Shown: positions 40,442 through 50,899, counted from the first letter of the stretch. The stretch is 64,000 bases of DNA from Planctomycetota bacterium (GCA_046290465.1 JBKAGP010000001.1:1536001-1600000); one strand, 5' to 3'. Notes: generated by a model not told the origin, from the letters alone. Made by a program: numbers and translations.

Positions 40442-43400
40442 ATGTGCCACCAACGCCGCTCCCTCCCCTTCCTGCTGCTCTCGCTGCTGGCAGCCGCCGC
40501 AACCGAACTGCGCGCCCAGTCTCCAGACGCTGCCGCGTCCCCGCCCGAGATCGTCGTCGTCGGTCGCGACGGCGCGGTCGGCTACATGAGCCGCTTCGCC
40601 GACGCGGCCGGCATCCGCCTGCGTTCGCTGTCCGTCGATGCGCCACCGAAGCCCGAGCAGACCGCGCGTGCTCCCGACGTCGTCGTGTTCCTGTGGGGCG
40701 ACCGGCGCGGCCGTGGCCGCAGCCAGCTCGACGACAGCGATGCCCTGCAGACGTCGTGGCGCCACCTGCTCGGGTCGATGCAGGAACGCAGACCGGACCT
40801 GACCATCGTGTGCGCACCGGGAGCGGCGCAAACGGTCGCGTCGTGGCTGCCGCAGGGCACGACCGCCACGACCGATGCCGTCCTCGACGACTACCTGCAG
40901 GTCGGCATCGACCGTTCCAACCTCCGCCGGCTGGTCTCCTACCTCGCCGTGACCCACGCCGGCCTCGCCGGCACGGTCGAACCTCCGGATCGCGACGTCG
41001 CCACCGTCGGCATCTACCACCCCGAGCACGATGGCCTGTTCGCCAGTGTGCAGGACTTCCTCGACTGGACGCGCGTGCGCGGCCGTGACCCGGACGATCC
41101 TCGCCGGATCGTCGTGCGCGCCACGTCGACGCACTTCGTGGTGCGCAACCGGGACCTGTGCGAGCAGCTGATCGCCGCCTGCGACCGCCTCGGCATGCTG
41201 GCGTTCGTCTACATCGAGCGGCGCCGCGGCAGCGAGTTCGGACCGATCGCCGAGGCCTTCCGTCCCAGGGTCCTGCTCGACACCCGGCACCGCGGCCAGG
41301 ACGTCGACACCCTGGCATCGATCGGCGCGCCGACCCTGCAGTGCAGCACGCTCGCCCGGAGCACGATCGAGGCGTGGCGCACGACCAAGATGTCCGCACG
41401 CCACCTGATGGGGCTGACGACCGGCGAGTCCAGCGGATGGATCGAGCCGCACGTCGTCGCCGGCCGTCGCGACACCGGACGGGACCTCGCCGCCGAGTTC
41501 GCCGCGATCCCCGAACGGGTCGAACGCGTGGTCGCCCGCGCTGCCCGCTGGATCGCGCTCGCGACCGAGCCGGTACGGGATCGCAGGGTCGCGATGTTCG
41601 TCGGCGGCATGGGCGGCGGAACGGCCGACAACCAGCAGCTCGCGATGCCCGCGAGCATCCACGCCGTGCTCACCGCGATGCGCGACCACGGCTACGCGAT
41701 CGAGAACCTGCCCGCCGACGCCGACCGACTGTATGCAGCGTGGTCGGCCCAGCTCGTCGACGCCGATGATCCTGCAGCGCTCGATCGGCTGGCGCGGACG
41801 GGCAACGCCGCGCTCGTGCCGGTGCGGGACTACCTGCGCTGGTACGAACACCTGGTGCCCGCGCATCGACGCGCGCAGCTCGAGCGGCGGCACGGTGCCG
41901 CGCCGGGGACCTGGCGGGTCTGGCGCGACGACGACGGCGCGTCGTATTTCGTCATGCCGCGGCTGCCGCTCGGCAACGTCGCGCTGGTCGGCTCCGGCGG
42001 CCTGCCACCGGACGAGGCGAAGGACTTCGTCGCGATCCGGCGGCGCATCGACGACGACCTGCCGCTGACCCCGTCGCACAACCAGCTGGCGCTGGCCTTC
42101 TGGCTCGAGCACGCCGACGGCTGCGACGCAGCGGTGCACTGGGGTTCGTTCCAGTTCGATCTGCTGCTGCCCGAGAAGCCGATCGGGCTCGATCGCGACG
42201 ACTGGCCCGACATCCTCACCGGCACCCTGCCGAACATCCGGCCGTTCAGCATGACCGCGACCACGTTCGCCGCGCCGGCGCGGCGCCGCACGTTCGCCGT
42301 GCTCGTCAACCACCTGACCGCCCCGGTCGATACGGCCGGCCTGCACGACGAACTGCTCGACCTGTCGAGCGACCTGCACAAGTGGGCTGAGCTGCCCGAC
42401 GGCAGCCTGCGCGAGCACTTCCGCGAGTCGATCCAGCAGCGCGCGATCGCTGCCGACCTGCACGTCGACCTGCGCACGCTCGCCGGCGACGACGAGGCCT
42501 TTGGCGAGGCACCGTGGCGCGACGGGGAGCTGGACGCGCTGGCGCGCCACCTGGCACGGATCGAAGCGGAGCAGATCACGACGACATCGCACACCTTCGG
42601 ACGCGAACCGCGCGTCGAACACCTGCTGACGCAGATGACGGCGACGGCCGGCCGGCCGACGTGGCAGGCGATCGACAAACTGTTCGACCGCGGCGAGGCG
42701 ACGTTGCCTGGCGACGCCGACCGACGCGCACGTGAGCGCACCCGCGCAGTGCTGACCGCGATCGAACGCCACCGGCTCACGCCCGAGCAGGCGCTGGTGG
42801 CCACGGGCGCCACGTTGCCAGGGGCAGGTCTCGACGACGACCTGAGCCGCGACTTCGGGATGCTCGCGCGCCTGCGCGACGGCTACCGACGGACCGGTGA
42901 CGAGATCGGCAATCTGCTGGCAGCTCTCGACGGGCGCTTCGTTCCGCCCGGCCCGGTCGGCCCTCCGGAACGCAACCCGCTGGCCGTCCCGTCGGGCCGC
43001 AACACCTGCTTTGCCAACCCCGAGGAGTTGCCGACGCGAGCGTCGTGGCAGCTGGCGACCCGGCTCTGCGACGACATGCTCGCCGAGCGCCGCGCACGAC
43101 ACGGCGGTCGCTGGCCGAGGAAGGTCGCGCTGGTGGTCACCCCGCGTCGGTCCCTCGCCGACTTCGGCGTCAGCGAAGCCCAGGCGTTCTGGCTGATCGG
43201 TGTGCGGCCGGTGTGGTCGCGCGGTCGCGTCGCGGACTTCGAGGTGATCCCAGCGGCCGAGCTCGGTCGCCCCCGCATCGACGTCCTGCTCGAGTCCAAG
43301 CATCACTACAACGACTACCTCGAGACCCGTGCCGAGTTGATCGACCGCGCGGTGCGCACGGTTTGTGAACTCGACGAGCCCGACAACTTCGTGCGCTCCA

Positions 43401-44527
43401 ACCGTCTCGCCGCCGAGCACTCGCTGCGCCGGGCCGGCGTCGCCGCCGAGCGCGCCGCGATCCTGTCGCGCGCCAGCATCCTCGCCGTCGAACCCGGACG
43501 CTTCGGCAGCGGCCGCCACGACCAGCTGTTCGAAGCGACCGGGGTTTGGGACACCCGGGAGCAGCTGACCGAGGTGTTCCTGCGCGAACACGACCACGTC
43601 TACACCAAGGGCGCCTGGGGTGTCGCCGCGCCGGAGGCCGTCGGCACCCACCTGGCACAAGCCGAGATCGTGCTGTCGGGCGTCGGCTCCAGAAGTGCGT
43701 TGACGGGGCGCGGCCACTACAGCGGCGGCAACCTCGCGCAGGCGATCGAACGGCTGTCCGGCAGCCGGCCCGACTACTACCTCGCCGACCTGCGCCACTA
43801 CGGCGATGAGCGCGTCGAACGCGCTGAGGTCGCGGTCCGGCGCGACTTCCGATCGCTGGTCTTCAACCGCAAGTGGCTTGAGGGCATGCAGCATCAGGGG
43901 CGCAACGGAGCCCACCGGATGGCGGCGATGACGTGGAAGGCGCTCGGCTGGAGCATCAACCGCCCCGACAGCATCACGCCGGACATCTGGCAATCGATCG
44001 TCGACGTCTACCTCCACGACGAGAAGGGACTCGGCCTGCCGAGCTTCTTCGAGCATCACGACCCGAAGGCGATGCAGGAGATCACCAAGAACCTGCTCGA
44101 GGCCGTGCGCAAGGGGTACTGGCATGCCGACCCGGCGACCGTGCTCGAGATCGCCGAGACCCATGCGCGTTCGCGTGCCCGGCACGGCCAGCTGCTGGAC
44201 GACAACGGCAAGCTCGACCGCTTCGTCGTCGGCACGCTGCACGCGGCGGCCGACGAGCAGCTCGATCGACTGGTACAGGCCCTCGGCACGGCACCGCAGC
44301 CCGTCGGCGAGGACGCGGCTCCAGCAGGGACGCCCGTCGACGCCGACGCCGCATCGCCGGCCGCGCGGGCGCAGGACGCGGCGATGCCGCTGCCGTCGCC
44401 CGCGACGGTCCCCGTGAGCGGACGCGAACTCGTCGACGACGGTGCGCCTCCATCGACCGGCTGGTGGTGGCTCGCAGCGCTGCTGCTGCTCGCGGGCGGT
44501 CTGCTGACACGTCGAGGTGCCGCGTGA
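40442..44527 (+). CDS. Exported, C-terminally anchored CobN/magnesium-chelatase-family protein (HmuS/BtuS-like), divergent
   Basis: GIYHP, LGNVAL, WPDILTGTLPNI, LLAALDGRFVPPGPVG...PSGRN, LGRPRIDV, NRKWLEGM, LLEAVRKGYW; signal peptide and C-terminal TM (WWWLAALLLLAGGLL). Confidence 0.85.
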   Translation: MCHQRRSLPFLLLSLLAAAATELRAQSPDAAASPPEIVVVGRDGAVGYMSRFADAAGIRLRSLSVDAPPKPEQTARAPDVVVFLWGDRRGRGRSQLDDSDALQTSWRHLLGSMQERRPDLTIVCAPGAAQTVASWLPQGTTATTDAVLDDYLQVGIDRSNLRRLVSYLAVTHAGLAGTVEPPDRDVATVGIYHPEHDGLFASVQDFLDWTRVRGRDPDDPRRIVVRATSTHFVVRNRDLCEQLIAACDRLGMLAFVYIERRRGSEFGPIAEAFRPRVLLDTRHRGQDVDTLASIGAPTLQCSTLARSTIEAWRTTKMSARHLMGLTTGESSGWIEPHVVAGRRDTGRDLAAEFAAIPERVERVVARAARWIALATEPVRDRRVAMFVGGMGGGTADNQQLAMPASIHAVLTAMRDHGYAIENLPADADRLYAAWSAQLVDADDPAALDRLARTGNAALVPVRDYLRWYEHLVPAHRRAQLERRHGAAPGTWRVWRDDDGASYFVMPRLPLGNVALVGSGGLPPDEAKDFVAIRRRIDDDLPLTPSHNQLALAFWLEHADGCDAAVHWGSFQFDLLLPEKPIGLDRDDWPDILTGTLPNIRPFSMTATTFAAPARRRTFAVLVNHLTAPVDTAGLHDELLDLSSDLHKWAELPDGSLREHFRESIQQRAIAADLHVDLRTLAGDDEAFGEAPWRDGELDALARHLARIEAEQITTTSHTFGREPRVEHLLTQMTATAGRPTWQAIDKLFDRGEATLPGDADRRARERTRAVLTAIERHRLTPEQALVATGATLPGAGLDDDLSRDFGMLARLRDGYRRTGDEIGNLLAALDGRFVPPGPVGPPERNPLAVPSGRNTCFANPEELPTRASWQLATRLCDDMLAERRARHGGRWPRKVALVVTPRRSLADFGVSEAQAFWLIGVRPVWSRGRVADFEVIPAAELGRPRIDVLLESKHHYNDYLETRAELIDRAVRTVCELDEPDNFVRSNRLAAEHSLRRAGVAAERAAILSRASILAVEPGRFGSGRHDQLFEATGVWDTREQLTEVFLREHDHVYTKGAWGVAAPEAVGTHLAQAEIVLSGVGSRSALTGRGHYSGGNLAQAIERLSGSRPDYYLADLRHYGDERVERAEVAVRRDFRSLVFNRKWLEGMQHQGRNGAHRMAAMTWKALGWSINRPDSITPDIWQSIVDVYLHDEKGLGLPSFFEHHDPKAMQEITKNLLEAVRKGYWHADPATVLEIAETHARSRARHGQLLDDNGKLDRFVVGTLHAAADEQLDRLVQALGTAPQPVGEDAAPAGTPVDADAASPAARAQDAAMPLPSPATVPVSGRELVDDGAPPSTGWWWLAALLLLAGGLLTRRGAA

Positions 44528-45117
44528 GCTGGCTGACCGACTGGATGAGCAGGCTGGCCGAGATCACGCTGCCGTCGATCCTGGTGCTGCTGACCATCAT
44601 GGCCGCCGCCACGGTCGTGCTGATCGGCGGCATCGTGCGGGAGTGGTGTGGGCGCCGCCGGGTCGACCGGTCCCTCGCCGACGCCCTCGCACAAGCGGCC
44701 CCGGACGGCACCGAGCGGCTACGGCTGCAGCTGCTGCGCGGTCATGGGCTGCCTACCCGGTTTGCGTCCGGCCTCGGTCAGCACGGCGACGTCGATGCCG
44801 CCCTGCTGGCCGCGCGCGCCCGTGCATCGGCGACCCTCGCACCGCTGACCTTCCTGACCCGCATCGGTCCGATGTGCGGCCTGATCGCGACGCTGCTGCC
44901 GCTCGGCCCCGCGCTGGAGGCTCTCGCCGGAGGCGAACTCGAAGACGCGGCGACCGAACTGACCGTGGCGTTCACCGCAACCGTCATCGGTCTGCTGGTC
45001 AGTGTCGCCGCCTACCTGATCGGCCTGGTGCGCCGGACCTGGTACGTGCGCGACTACGATCGCCTCGAGGACCTCGCGCATCGGCTACGCCCGCACCCGC
45101 CCGAGGCGACCGCATGA
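44524..45117 (+). CDS. MotA/TolQ/ExbB proton channel family protein (HmuU-like)
   Basis: RIGPMCGLIATLLPLGPAL...AFTATVIGL...RRTWYVRD; GTGA overlap with the upstream stop. Confidence 0.85.
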   Translation: MSWLTDWMSRLAEITLPSILVLLTIMAAATVVLIGGIVREWCGRRRVDRSLADALAQAAPDGTERLRLQLLRGHGLPTRFASGLGQHGDVDAALLAARARASATLAPLTFLTRIGPMCGLIATLLPLGPALEALAGGELEDAATELTVAFTATVIGLLVSVAAYLIGLVRRTWYVRDYDRLEDLAHRLRPHPPEATA

Positions 45118-45452
45118 GCGCGCCTGCTTCGCCACGGCCACGACGTCCGCTGTTCGACGACCGCTTCGGCGACGACGACGACCCCGCCGCCGGGCTGGTC
45201 AACCTGTTCGACCTCTGGATGGTGTTCGCGTTCGCGCTGCTGCTGATGCTGGCGAACTCGGCACTCGACGCGAGCAGCACGAGCGCCGACGCCCCGGTCG
45301 ATCCCAGCCATCCGCAGCTCCCCGATCCGATGCGGGCGAGCGGCCGCGAACTCGACGGCCAAGGCACCCGCCTCGGCACGGCCTACCGGCTTGCCAGCGG
45401 CAGCATCGTCTACGTGCCCGACACGGCCGAACACGCCGCGGGACCGCGCTGA
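45114..45452 (+). CDS. DUF2149 family protein (HmuV-like)
   Basis: DDDPAAGLVNLFDLWMVFA and GTRLGTAYRLASGSIVYVP signature; ATGA overlap. Confidence 0.85.
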   Translation: MSAPASPRPRRPLFDDRFGDDDDPAAGLVNLFDLWMVFAFALLLMLANSALDASSTSADAPVDPSHPQLPDPMRASGRELDGQGTRLGTAYRLASGSIVYVPDTAEHAAGPR

Positions 45453-45495
45453 CCACCGACTCCCTGATTCCTGCAACCCCATCGAACCGACGAAG

Positions 45496-47442
45496 ATGAC
45501 CGACAACCTCTCCCCGCTCGCCCGCTCCCCGATCGCCTGCTCACCGATCGCCAGCGCCCCGATCGCCAGCGCCCCGATCTCCTGCGCCTCTGGGGCCTGC
45601 TCCAGTCTGGCGCTCGCCCTCGTGCTTGCGGGTAGCGCGCTCGCCCAAGAACCCAGCTCCAACTGGAGCGTGATCCCTGCCGACGCGACCCAGTACACGA
45701 TCCGCAGCCGCGTCAACTCGTTCGCGCTGCAGTTCAGCGACCGAGTCCTGCTCTACAGCGGCTACCAGCGCAAGTGGGTCGTGCTGCCGGTTTCGGCCGC
45801 GGCCGTCGTGACACCGCAGAACGACCATGCGCTGATCGTCGACGGCACCACTCTGCACGGCTGGTCGCCGCGCTACGGCACCATCGACACGATCACCGTG
45901 TCGAACAACGCGGTCTTCCTGCCCAACCCGCCGTCCGCGACCTACGTGGTGACCGTCCAGGATGGTAACGACTTCCACGCCTACGGCTCGTATGCGGCGC
46001 GCTGGTCGACCCTGTCGCTGCCTACGCCCGCAGTGGCAGCAGAACAACACCGCCGCTGCGCCATCGTGCACGACGGCACGATGGCGTACGGCTACAGCTC
46101 GTATTCGGGCGACTGGGTGGCGACGCCGGCCCCCGAACCGGGCATCGCGCTGTTCGCGTCCGGCGACGTCTGCTTCGCCAACAGCCAACAGATCGTGCGC
46201 GGCTTCTCGGCGCCGACCAGCAGCTGGTCTTCGACGGTCGTCGCCGACAGCTCCAACCTGTCGCTGGAGGCAAGCCTCGGCTACATCGAGGACCAGGGCG
46301 AGGTGCTCGTGTTCAGCGGCAACCGGGGCGCCTTCTCGAGCTACACCCCGAATGGCTCGTACGTGCTCGACACCGGCTCCGAAACGCTCGCGATCGAGGA
46401 CCAGAACGGGGTCACCTGCTACAGCTCGATCCGCAACTCGTGGGCGACATTGCCGATCAGCGGGGCCACCAGCCTCGAGCTCGGGGACGACGTATGCGTC
46501 GTGACGACGACGAACCAGTGCGCCGCCTACTCCGGCGTGACCGGCCAGTGGAGCCCGGTCCTGACCGGCGCCTTCACCGCGTCGGTGGGCACCTGCATGG
46601 CGTTCGTCGACGACGGCATCGCCCAGCGCTACGCCTACACCGCGCTCGGCAACCGGTGGTTGCCGGTCCCGACCGTGCTGCCGTTCGTCGCAGCCGAGGT
46701 GCTCGGACACTCGGTGCTCGTCACCCACACGCAAGGCTTCAGCGGCATCGGCGCACGCTTCGACCAGTGGCAGACGCTCGTCACCCAACCGGGCGCGACG
46801 GTCTCGGTCCCCAACAACCGCGGCCGCACGGCGATGGTCACCGACACCAACCGCATCTCCGCCTGGAACGGAAGGCTCAACCGCTGGGCCTCGGTGCAGG
46901 TCGACCCCAACACGCTCACCACGGCGTCCGTGCGCTTCTCGTCGTCGCTGCTCGAGGACGGCGACCGTGCGTTCGCGTTCGGGGTGCCGGGCAAGGCCTA
47001 CGACGGCGTGACGCTCTCCGGCGACACGGTGCTCGCGGCGACTGCCGGCTCGGGCATCAGCTACGTGCAGACGGACGATCACATGCACGCCTATTCGCCC
47101 CTCGCGACGCTGACGCCGACGACCTCCTTTCCCGAGACCGACGGCTTCGCCCACATCGGCCGATCGACCGAGGTGCAACAGGTGGCCCTCCCCGGCAGCC
47201 TGGTGACCCTGCTGGTCGGGTTCGCGCCGACCAGCACCGTCACGCCGTTCGGAGAACTGTTGGTCGATACGCCGCTGTTCCTGCCGGCCCCGTTGATCCC
47301 GACAGCAGGCAACCTGTTGCTCGAGATCCCCGTGCCGAACGAACCCGGGCTGATCGGCTACCCCGTGCACCTGCAGAGCGCGATCACCCCTCCGGCAGGC
47401 CTGCCATACCTGACCGGCTCGACCAGCATGGTCCTGCTCTGA
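45496..47442 (+). CDS. Secreted beta-repeat protein with recurring C-terminal domain
   Basis: About a dozen ~37-aa repeats with [AG]YS..x.W; C-terminus IPVPNEPGLIGYPVHLQSAI...LTGSTSMVLL; 15-nt tandem repeats (PIAS) in the leader; start uncertain. Confidence 0.75.
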   Translation: MTDNLSPLARSPIACSPIASAPIASAPISCASGACSSLALALVLAGSALAQEPSSNWSVIPADATQYTIRSRVNSFALQFSDRVLLYSGYQRKWVVLPVSAAAVVTPQNDHALIVDGTTLHGWSPRYGTIDTITVSNNAVFLPNPPSATYVVTVQDGNDFHAYGSYAARWSTLSLPTPAVAAEQHRRCAIVHDGTMAYGYSSYSGDWVATPAPEPGIALFASGDVCFANSQQIVRGFSAPTSSWSSTVVADSSNLSLEASLGYIEDQGEVLVFSGNRGAFSSYTPNGSYVLDTGSETLAIEDQNGVTCYSSIRNSWATLPISGATSLELGDDVCVVTTTNQCAAYSGVTGQWSPVLTGAFTASVGTCMAFVDDGIAQRYAYTALGNRWLPVPTVLPFVAAEVLGHSVLVTHTQGFSGIGARFDQWQTLVTQPGATVSVPNNRGRTAMVTDTNRISAWNGRLNRWASVQVDPNTLTTASVRFSSSLLEDGDRAFAFGVPGKAYDGVTLSGDTVLAATAGSGISYVQTDDHMHAYSPLATLTPTTSFPETDGFAHIGRSTEVQQVALPGSLVTLLVGFAPTSTVTPFGELLVDTPLFLPAPLIPTAGNLLLEIPVPNEPGLIGYPVHLQSAITPPAGLPYLTGSTSMVLL

Positions 47443-47601
47443 GGGGCGCGGCGGCCATGACGCGCGCATGGCTGCGCGAGACGCTCGAACAGCCGCCGGC
47501 GCAGCGACCGTTCGCCGTGCGACGGCAGGCGTTCGGCCCGACGCGCGTAGGTGGTGCGGCCGGCGCCCCCTTCGCACGCAGCGGAGTGCGCCGCACACCG
47601 C

Positions 47602-47636
47602 AAAGTTGTAGGTCGAACCAGGTACCGTACGGCAAC
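47602..47636. repeat. Dispersed ~35-bp repeat copy B
   Basis: AAAGTTGTAGGTCGAACCAGGTACCGTACGGCAAC; 29/35 identical to 31363-31397. Confidence 0.6.
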
Positions 47637-47671
47637 CTGTACGTCTCCCGACCGGCTCACGGATCCCGCGC

Positions 47672-48301
47672 ATGGACCTCTCCCCCTCCCACCCCATCCT
47701 CGCTCGGTTCTTGTCGCAGACGCCCTGGCAGGTGGCGGGCGGTGGCAGCCTGCAGAACGAGCTGACGTTTCGGTTCGGGCGCGCGATCACCGAGCCTGGC
47801 TTCCTCGGCGGCAGCTCGACGCGCGGCGAGTACGAGCTGGAGCTGGTGGCGCCGGAGTGGACGCTGACGCCTACGGGCGGCGGCGACACGATCCGCTGGG
47901 ACGACGAGGGCCAGCGTCGCCGGGCCGCGATCCGGGGGATCGGCGCCACCGGCGAGCTGCGCGACGTGGCGCTGGTGCGTCAGCCCGACCGCTTCCGCAT
48001 CGAACTGACGTTCGAGCAGTGGGTCGTCACAGCCTGCTCGCACTCGCAGGCGAGCTGGCTCGCCGAGCATGCCGACGACGACGAGGACGAGCTCGAAGAG
48101 GACGAGTGGCAGGATCTGCCCTCGAACACCTCCGTGCTGCAACTCAACACCCCGGACGGGATCTTCGAGATCTACCACGACGGCACGCACACGCCGACCG
48201 ACCGCCTGCTCGATCCGGACACACCGATCGGCGAGCTGCCGACCGACCGCGAGCGCATCTGGCCCGACTTCGACCCGTTCTCGTCGCCGCGTGGCGCGTG
48301 A
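47672..48301 (+). CDS. Hypothetical cytoplasmic protein with acidic loop
   Basis: 209-aa ORF with host-like codon bias; no family recognised. Confidence 0.65.
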   Translation: MDLSPSHPILARFLSQTPWQVAGGGSLQNELTFRFGRAITEPGFLGGSSTRGEYELELVAPEWTLTPTGGGDTIRWDDEGQRRRAAIRGIGATGELRDVALVRQPDRFRIELTFEQWVVTACSHSQASWLAEHADDDEDELEEDEWQDLPSNTSVLQLNTPDGIFEIYHDGTHTPTDRLLDPDTPIGELPTDRERIWPDFDPFSSPRGA

Positions 48302-48346
48302 CGGCTCCGCTGCAGGCAGCGCACGGCCGCCGCGGCTCGCGCTCCC

Positions 48347-50506
48347 CTACCGCACCTGGATGCGCAGCCCGTCGCTCGCCTGGTAGTCGAACGGCCGGAA
48401 CGCCTGCGCATACAGATCGCCGAGGAACGCCGGATCGTCCGGCAGCGGCACCGGGAACAAGAGGTCGCCGCCCGTCCCGATCGCAGCATACGTGATGACC
48501 GGTGTCACCAGCAGCGAGCACGGGAACCCGAACGGCTGCAGGCTAACGTTGGCCGGCGTCGTGCCGAGGGCCAGCAGCATCGGCGTATTCTGCGGCACGA
48601 ACGTGACCGTCACCGCGAAGTTGAGGTTGCCGGCAAACGGGTAGGGCGCCTCCAGGAACGCCGTCGCGCAGCTGGTGCCGTACGACACCGATTCGGCGTC
48701 GGCCGGATAGACGAACCGCGTGCCGCGGATCTGGCGCAGCGCCGAAGCGTTGTCGTAGGCGAGCAGGAAGTCCGGCTCCCCGGTCGGCTCGAAGCACATG
48801 CCGAGGCTGCCGTACGAACCGAGCACCTCCGAGTCGACGATCGCGCCGTGGCCGCCGAGGCGCGCCAGGTAGATCTCGGGCGTGAGGCCGGTCAGCACCG
48901 AGTAGGCCAGCAAGAAGTTGGATCCGGTCGCGTGGTCGGCAACGACCTCGCGCAGCTGCAGCTGCGGCCCCGCGGTCAGCGTGCGCACCTGGCTGCCGCT
49001 GCCGAAGTCGAACCCGCGCAGCACGTCGTTGAGCGGCGCCTCGCGCTGCCACACCAGCACCTGCCGCAACGCATGGTTGTCGTCGTAGGCGCCGGCGATC
49101 CGCGGCGCGCCGAGCTCGTCGGAGGTGTTGTCGTAGCCCACGTAGCCGGCGCTGGTGCCGGCCTGGGTGACGGTCGCGACCCGGATCTCATGGATCGCGC
49201 CGAGGTCCGTTCGCCACGCGACGCGCCACGGCTCGCCGTCGCGGCTCATCGGCATGACGTCTGGATCCCGCGACGCGTCGGTGACGGCGGAGCCATGCGG
49301 ATCGAAGAACTGCACGCCGGCGGTCGGGTTGGCGGCATCGATGACCGCGCACGTCACCTGCGGCCCGAGCCCGCTCGACCACGTCCAAGCCGTCAGCGCC
49401 TTGGTGCACGTTCCGAAGCCGCCGCCGACAACGCCACCACCCCACGAGACGCCGGACGAACCCGTCGCGAGCTGCACCTCGGTGCCGGCATTGTTCTGCA
49501 TCTGGTCGTCCCGCTGCACGTAGACGACCGGCAGCGAGAAGAACAGCACGTCCCGGTCGAAGGCGATCACGTAGGAGCGTGCCCCCTCGCAGTAGGCGAC
49601 ATCGACCTGCTTGATGAAGTAGCCCGACGCGTTGTCGATCCAGTGGTAGTTGAACCCGGTGAAGTCCTTCTTGCCGTAGAGCGAGAAGCCATCGGCATCC
49701 CCCAGCGCAAAGGTGCGCACGAACGTCACCACGACCTGGTCGAGCACGGTCGAACACGCCAGCTCGACCGAGGTCGCCGGCTCCCCGGCGAAGTTGGAGT
49801 TGATCAGCGCGTTGCCGATCAAGGGATCGATGGTCAGCGGAAACTGCGCGGCGTCGACGAACGACTGCGGCACGTGCAGGCGCACCAGCCCGCGCTCGGC
49901 GCTGGTCGCGATCTCGATGCGCTGGCCGACGGCGTCGTACGCAAAGGCCCGCCCGTAGCGCACCGTCGCCTCGCCATCGACCGAGAACACCAGGTCGCCG
50001 TGCTCCGCCGCGCGATCGGGCGTCGTCAGATCGCCCGCGATCCGGCCGGTCACGACCAGCTCGCCGCTGCCCGCCGGCCGCTGCGGGATCACGAACAGCT
50101 GCTCGACGCCTTCGGGGCGAATCTCGTAGACCTCGCGCGCATCGCGGTATCGGGTCTCGTAGCGATCCTCACTGGTCTCGGTGGCAACCGGCGCCAGCGA
50201 CAGCGGTTGCCCCCCGACCGTGATCGACGCCGTGCGCCAGCGCAGCGCCACCAGCTCGCGGTCGGCACCGCGGAAGGGATGGAACGTCAGACCATCGTGG
50301 AAGCTCGCCTTCCACGTCGGACCACCCGCCCACCAGCCGTATTCGGGCTGGCCCGCGGCGACGGTCCGGGTGTGCAGCGGCACGCAGCGTTCGGCCACGA
50401 CCTGCTGCACGCTCTGCAGCAGGCGGGAATCCGGTGCCTGCGCGGGCAGGCAGAACGCGAGAGCCAGGACGGCGAACAGGATGACGGGGATCTTGGGCAT
50501 GGGCAT
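48347..50506 (-). CDS. Secreted multi-domain protein with recurring C-terminal domain
   Basis: GGAG RBS, signal peptide CLPA|Q; N-domain ending FPLTIDP; C-terminus SYGTSC...PCSLLV...PVPLPDDPAFLGDLYAQA...SDGLRIQVR. Confidence 0.8.
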   Translation of the reverse strand: MPMPKIPVILFAVLALAFCLPAQAPDSRLLQSVQQVVAERCVPLHTRTVAAGQPEYGWWAGGPTWKASFHDGLTFHPFRGADRELVALRWRTASITVGGQPLSLAPVATETSEDRYETRYRDAREVYEIRPEGVEQLFVIPQRPAGSGELVVTGRIAGDLTTPDRAAEHGDLVFSVDGEATVRYGRAFAYDAVGQRIEIATSAERGLVRLHVPQSFVDAAQFPLTIDPLIGNALINSNFAGEPATSVELACSTVLDQVVVTFVRTFALGDADGFSLYGKKDFTGFNYHWIDNASGYFIKQVDVAYCEGARSYVIAFDRDVLFFSLPVVYVQRDDQMQNNAGTEVQLATGSSGVSWGGGVVGGGFGTCTKALTAWTWSSGLGPQVTCAVIDAANPTAGVQFFDPHGSAVTDASRDPDVMPMSRDGEPWRVAWRTDLGAIHEIRVATVTQAGTSAGYVGYDNTSDELGAPRIAGAYDDNHALRQVLVWQREAPLNDVLRGFDFGSGSQVRTLTAGPQLQLREVVADHATGSNFLLAYSVLTGLTPEIYLARLGGHGAIVDSEVLGSYGSLGMCFEPTGEPDFLLAYDNASALRQIRGTRFVYPADAESVSYGTSCATAFLEAPYPFAGNLNFAVTVTFVPQNTPMLLALGTTPANVSLQPFGFPCSLLVTPVITYAAIGTGGDLLFPVPLPDDPAFLGDLYAQAFRPFDYQASDGLRIQVR

Positions 50507-50899
50507 CTGCTCCGGTTGGGCGGGGTGACGAGGCGGGCGCCTCGCCGGAGATGCAGTGCCCGGTGCGTGGTCGGGCTGGACAGCCGATTCGCCGATCTCG
50601 CGGAGAATCTGCCGCAGCGATCGCGCTCGACGCATGCGCAAGGTCATGTGGCCCTCCCCCCAGTCGGCCGCCCGAGCGGCGCCTTGCTGCTCCGGCAACC
50701 GATCTCTCGACGACGCGCATGCCCTTCGTCGGCCGATCGACGCCCGGCAGGACATGGCGCCGATACGGTGACTCCGTCCATGGCGAGCTGCCGAGGTTCG
50801 GAATACAGAATCACACCGATCCCCCGCCAGACTCGATCCGCACGGAGCGCCTTACATCGAGCTGACCCGACGCCGCGAGCCCTGCAGTATGCATTCCTC

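Noticed and set aside
40262..44242. 1326-aa minus-strand ORF (and similar long antisense ORFs such as 3312-5483, 45541-47949, 54808-56307)
   Set aside because: Antisense shadows of recognisable genes, expected in high-GC DNA with few stop codons; no motifs.
48848..50899. N-terminal extension making the Reg_prop gene 1042 aa
   Set aside because: Antisense to the 48347-50506 gene; the lipoprotein signal starts at 50900.
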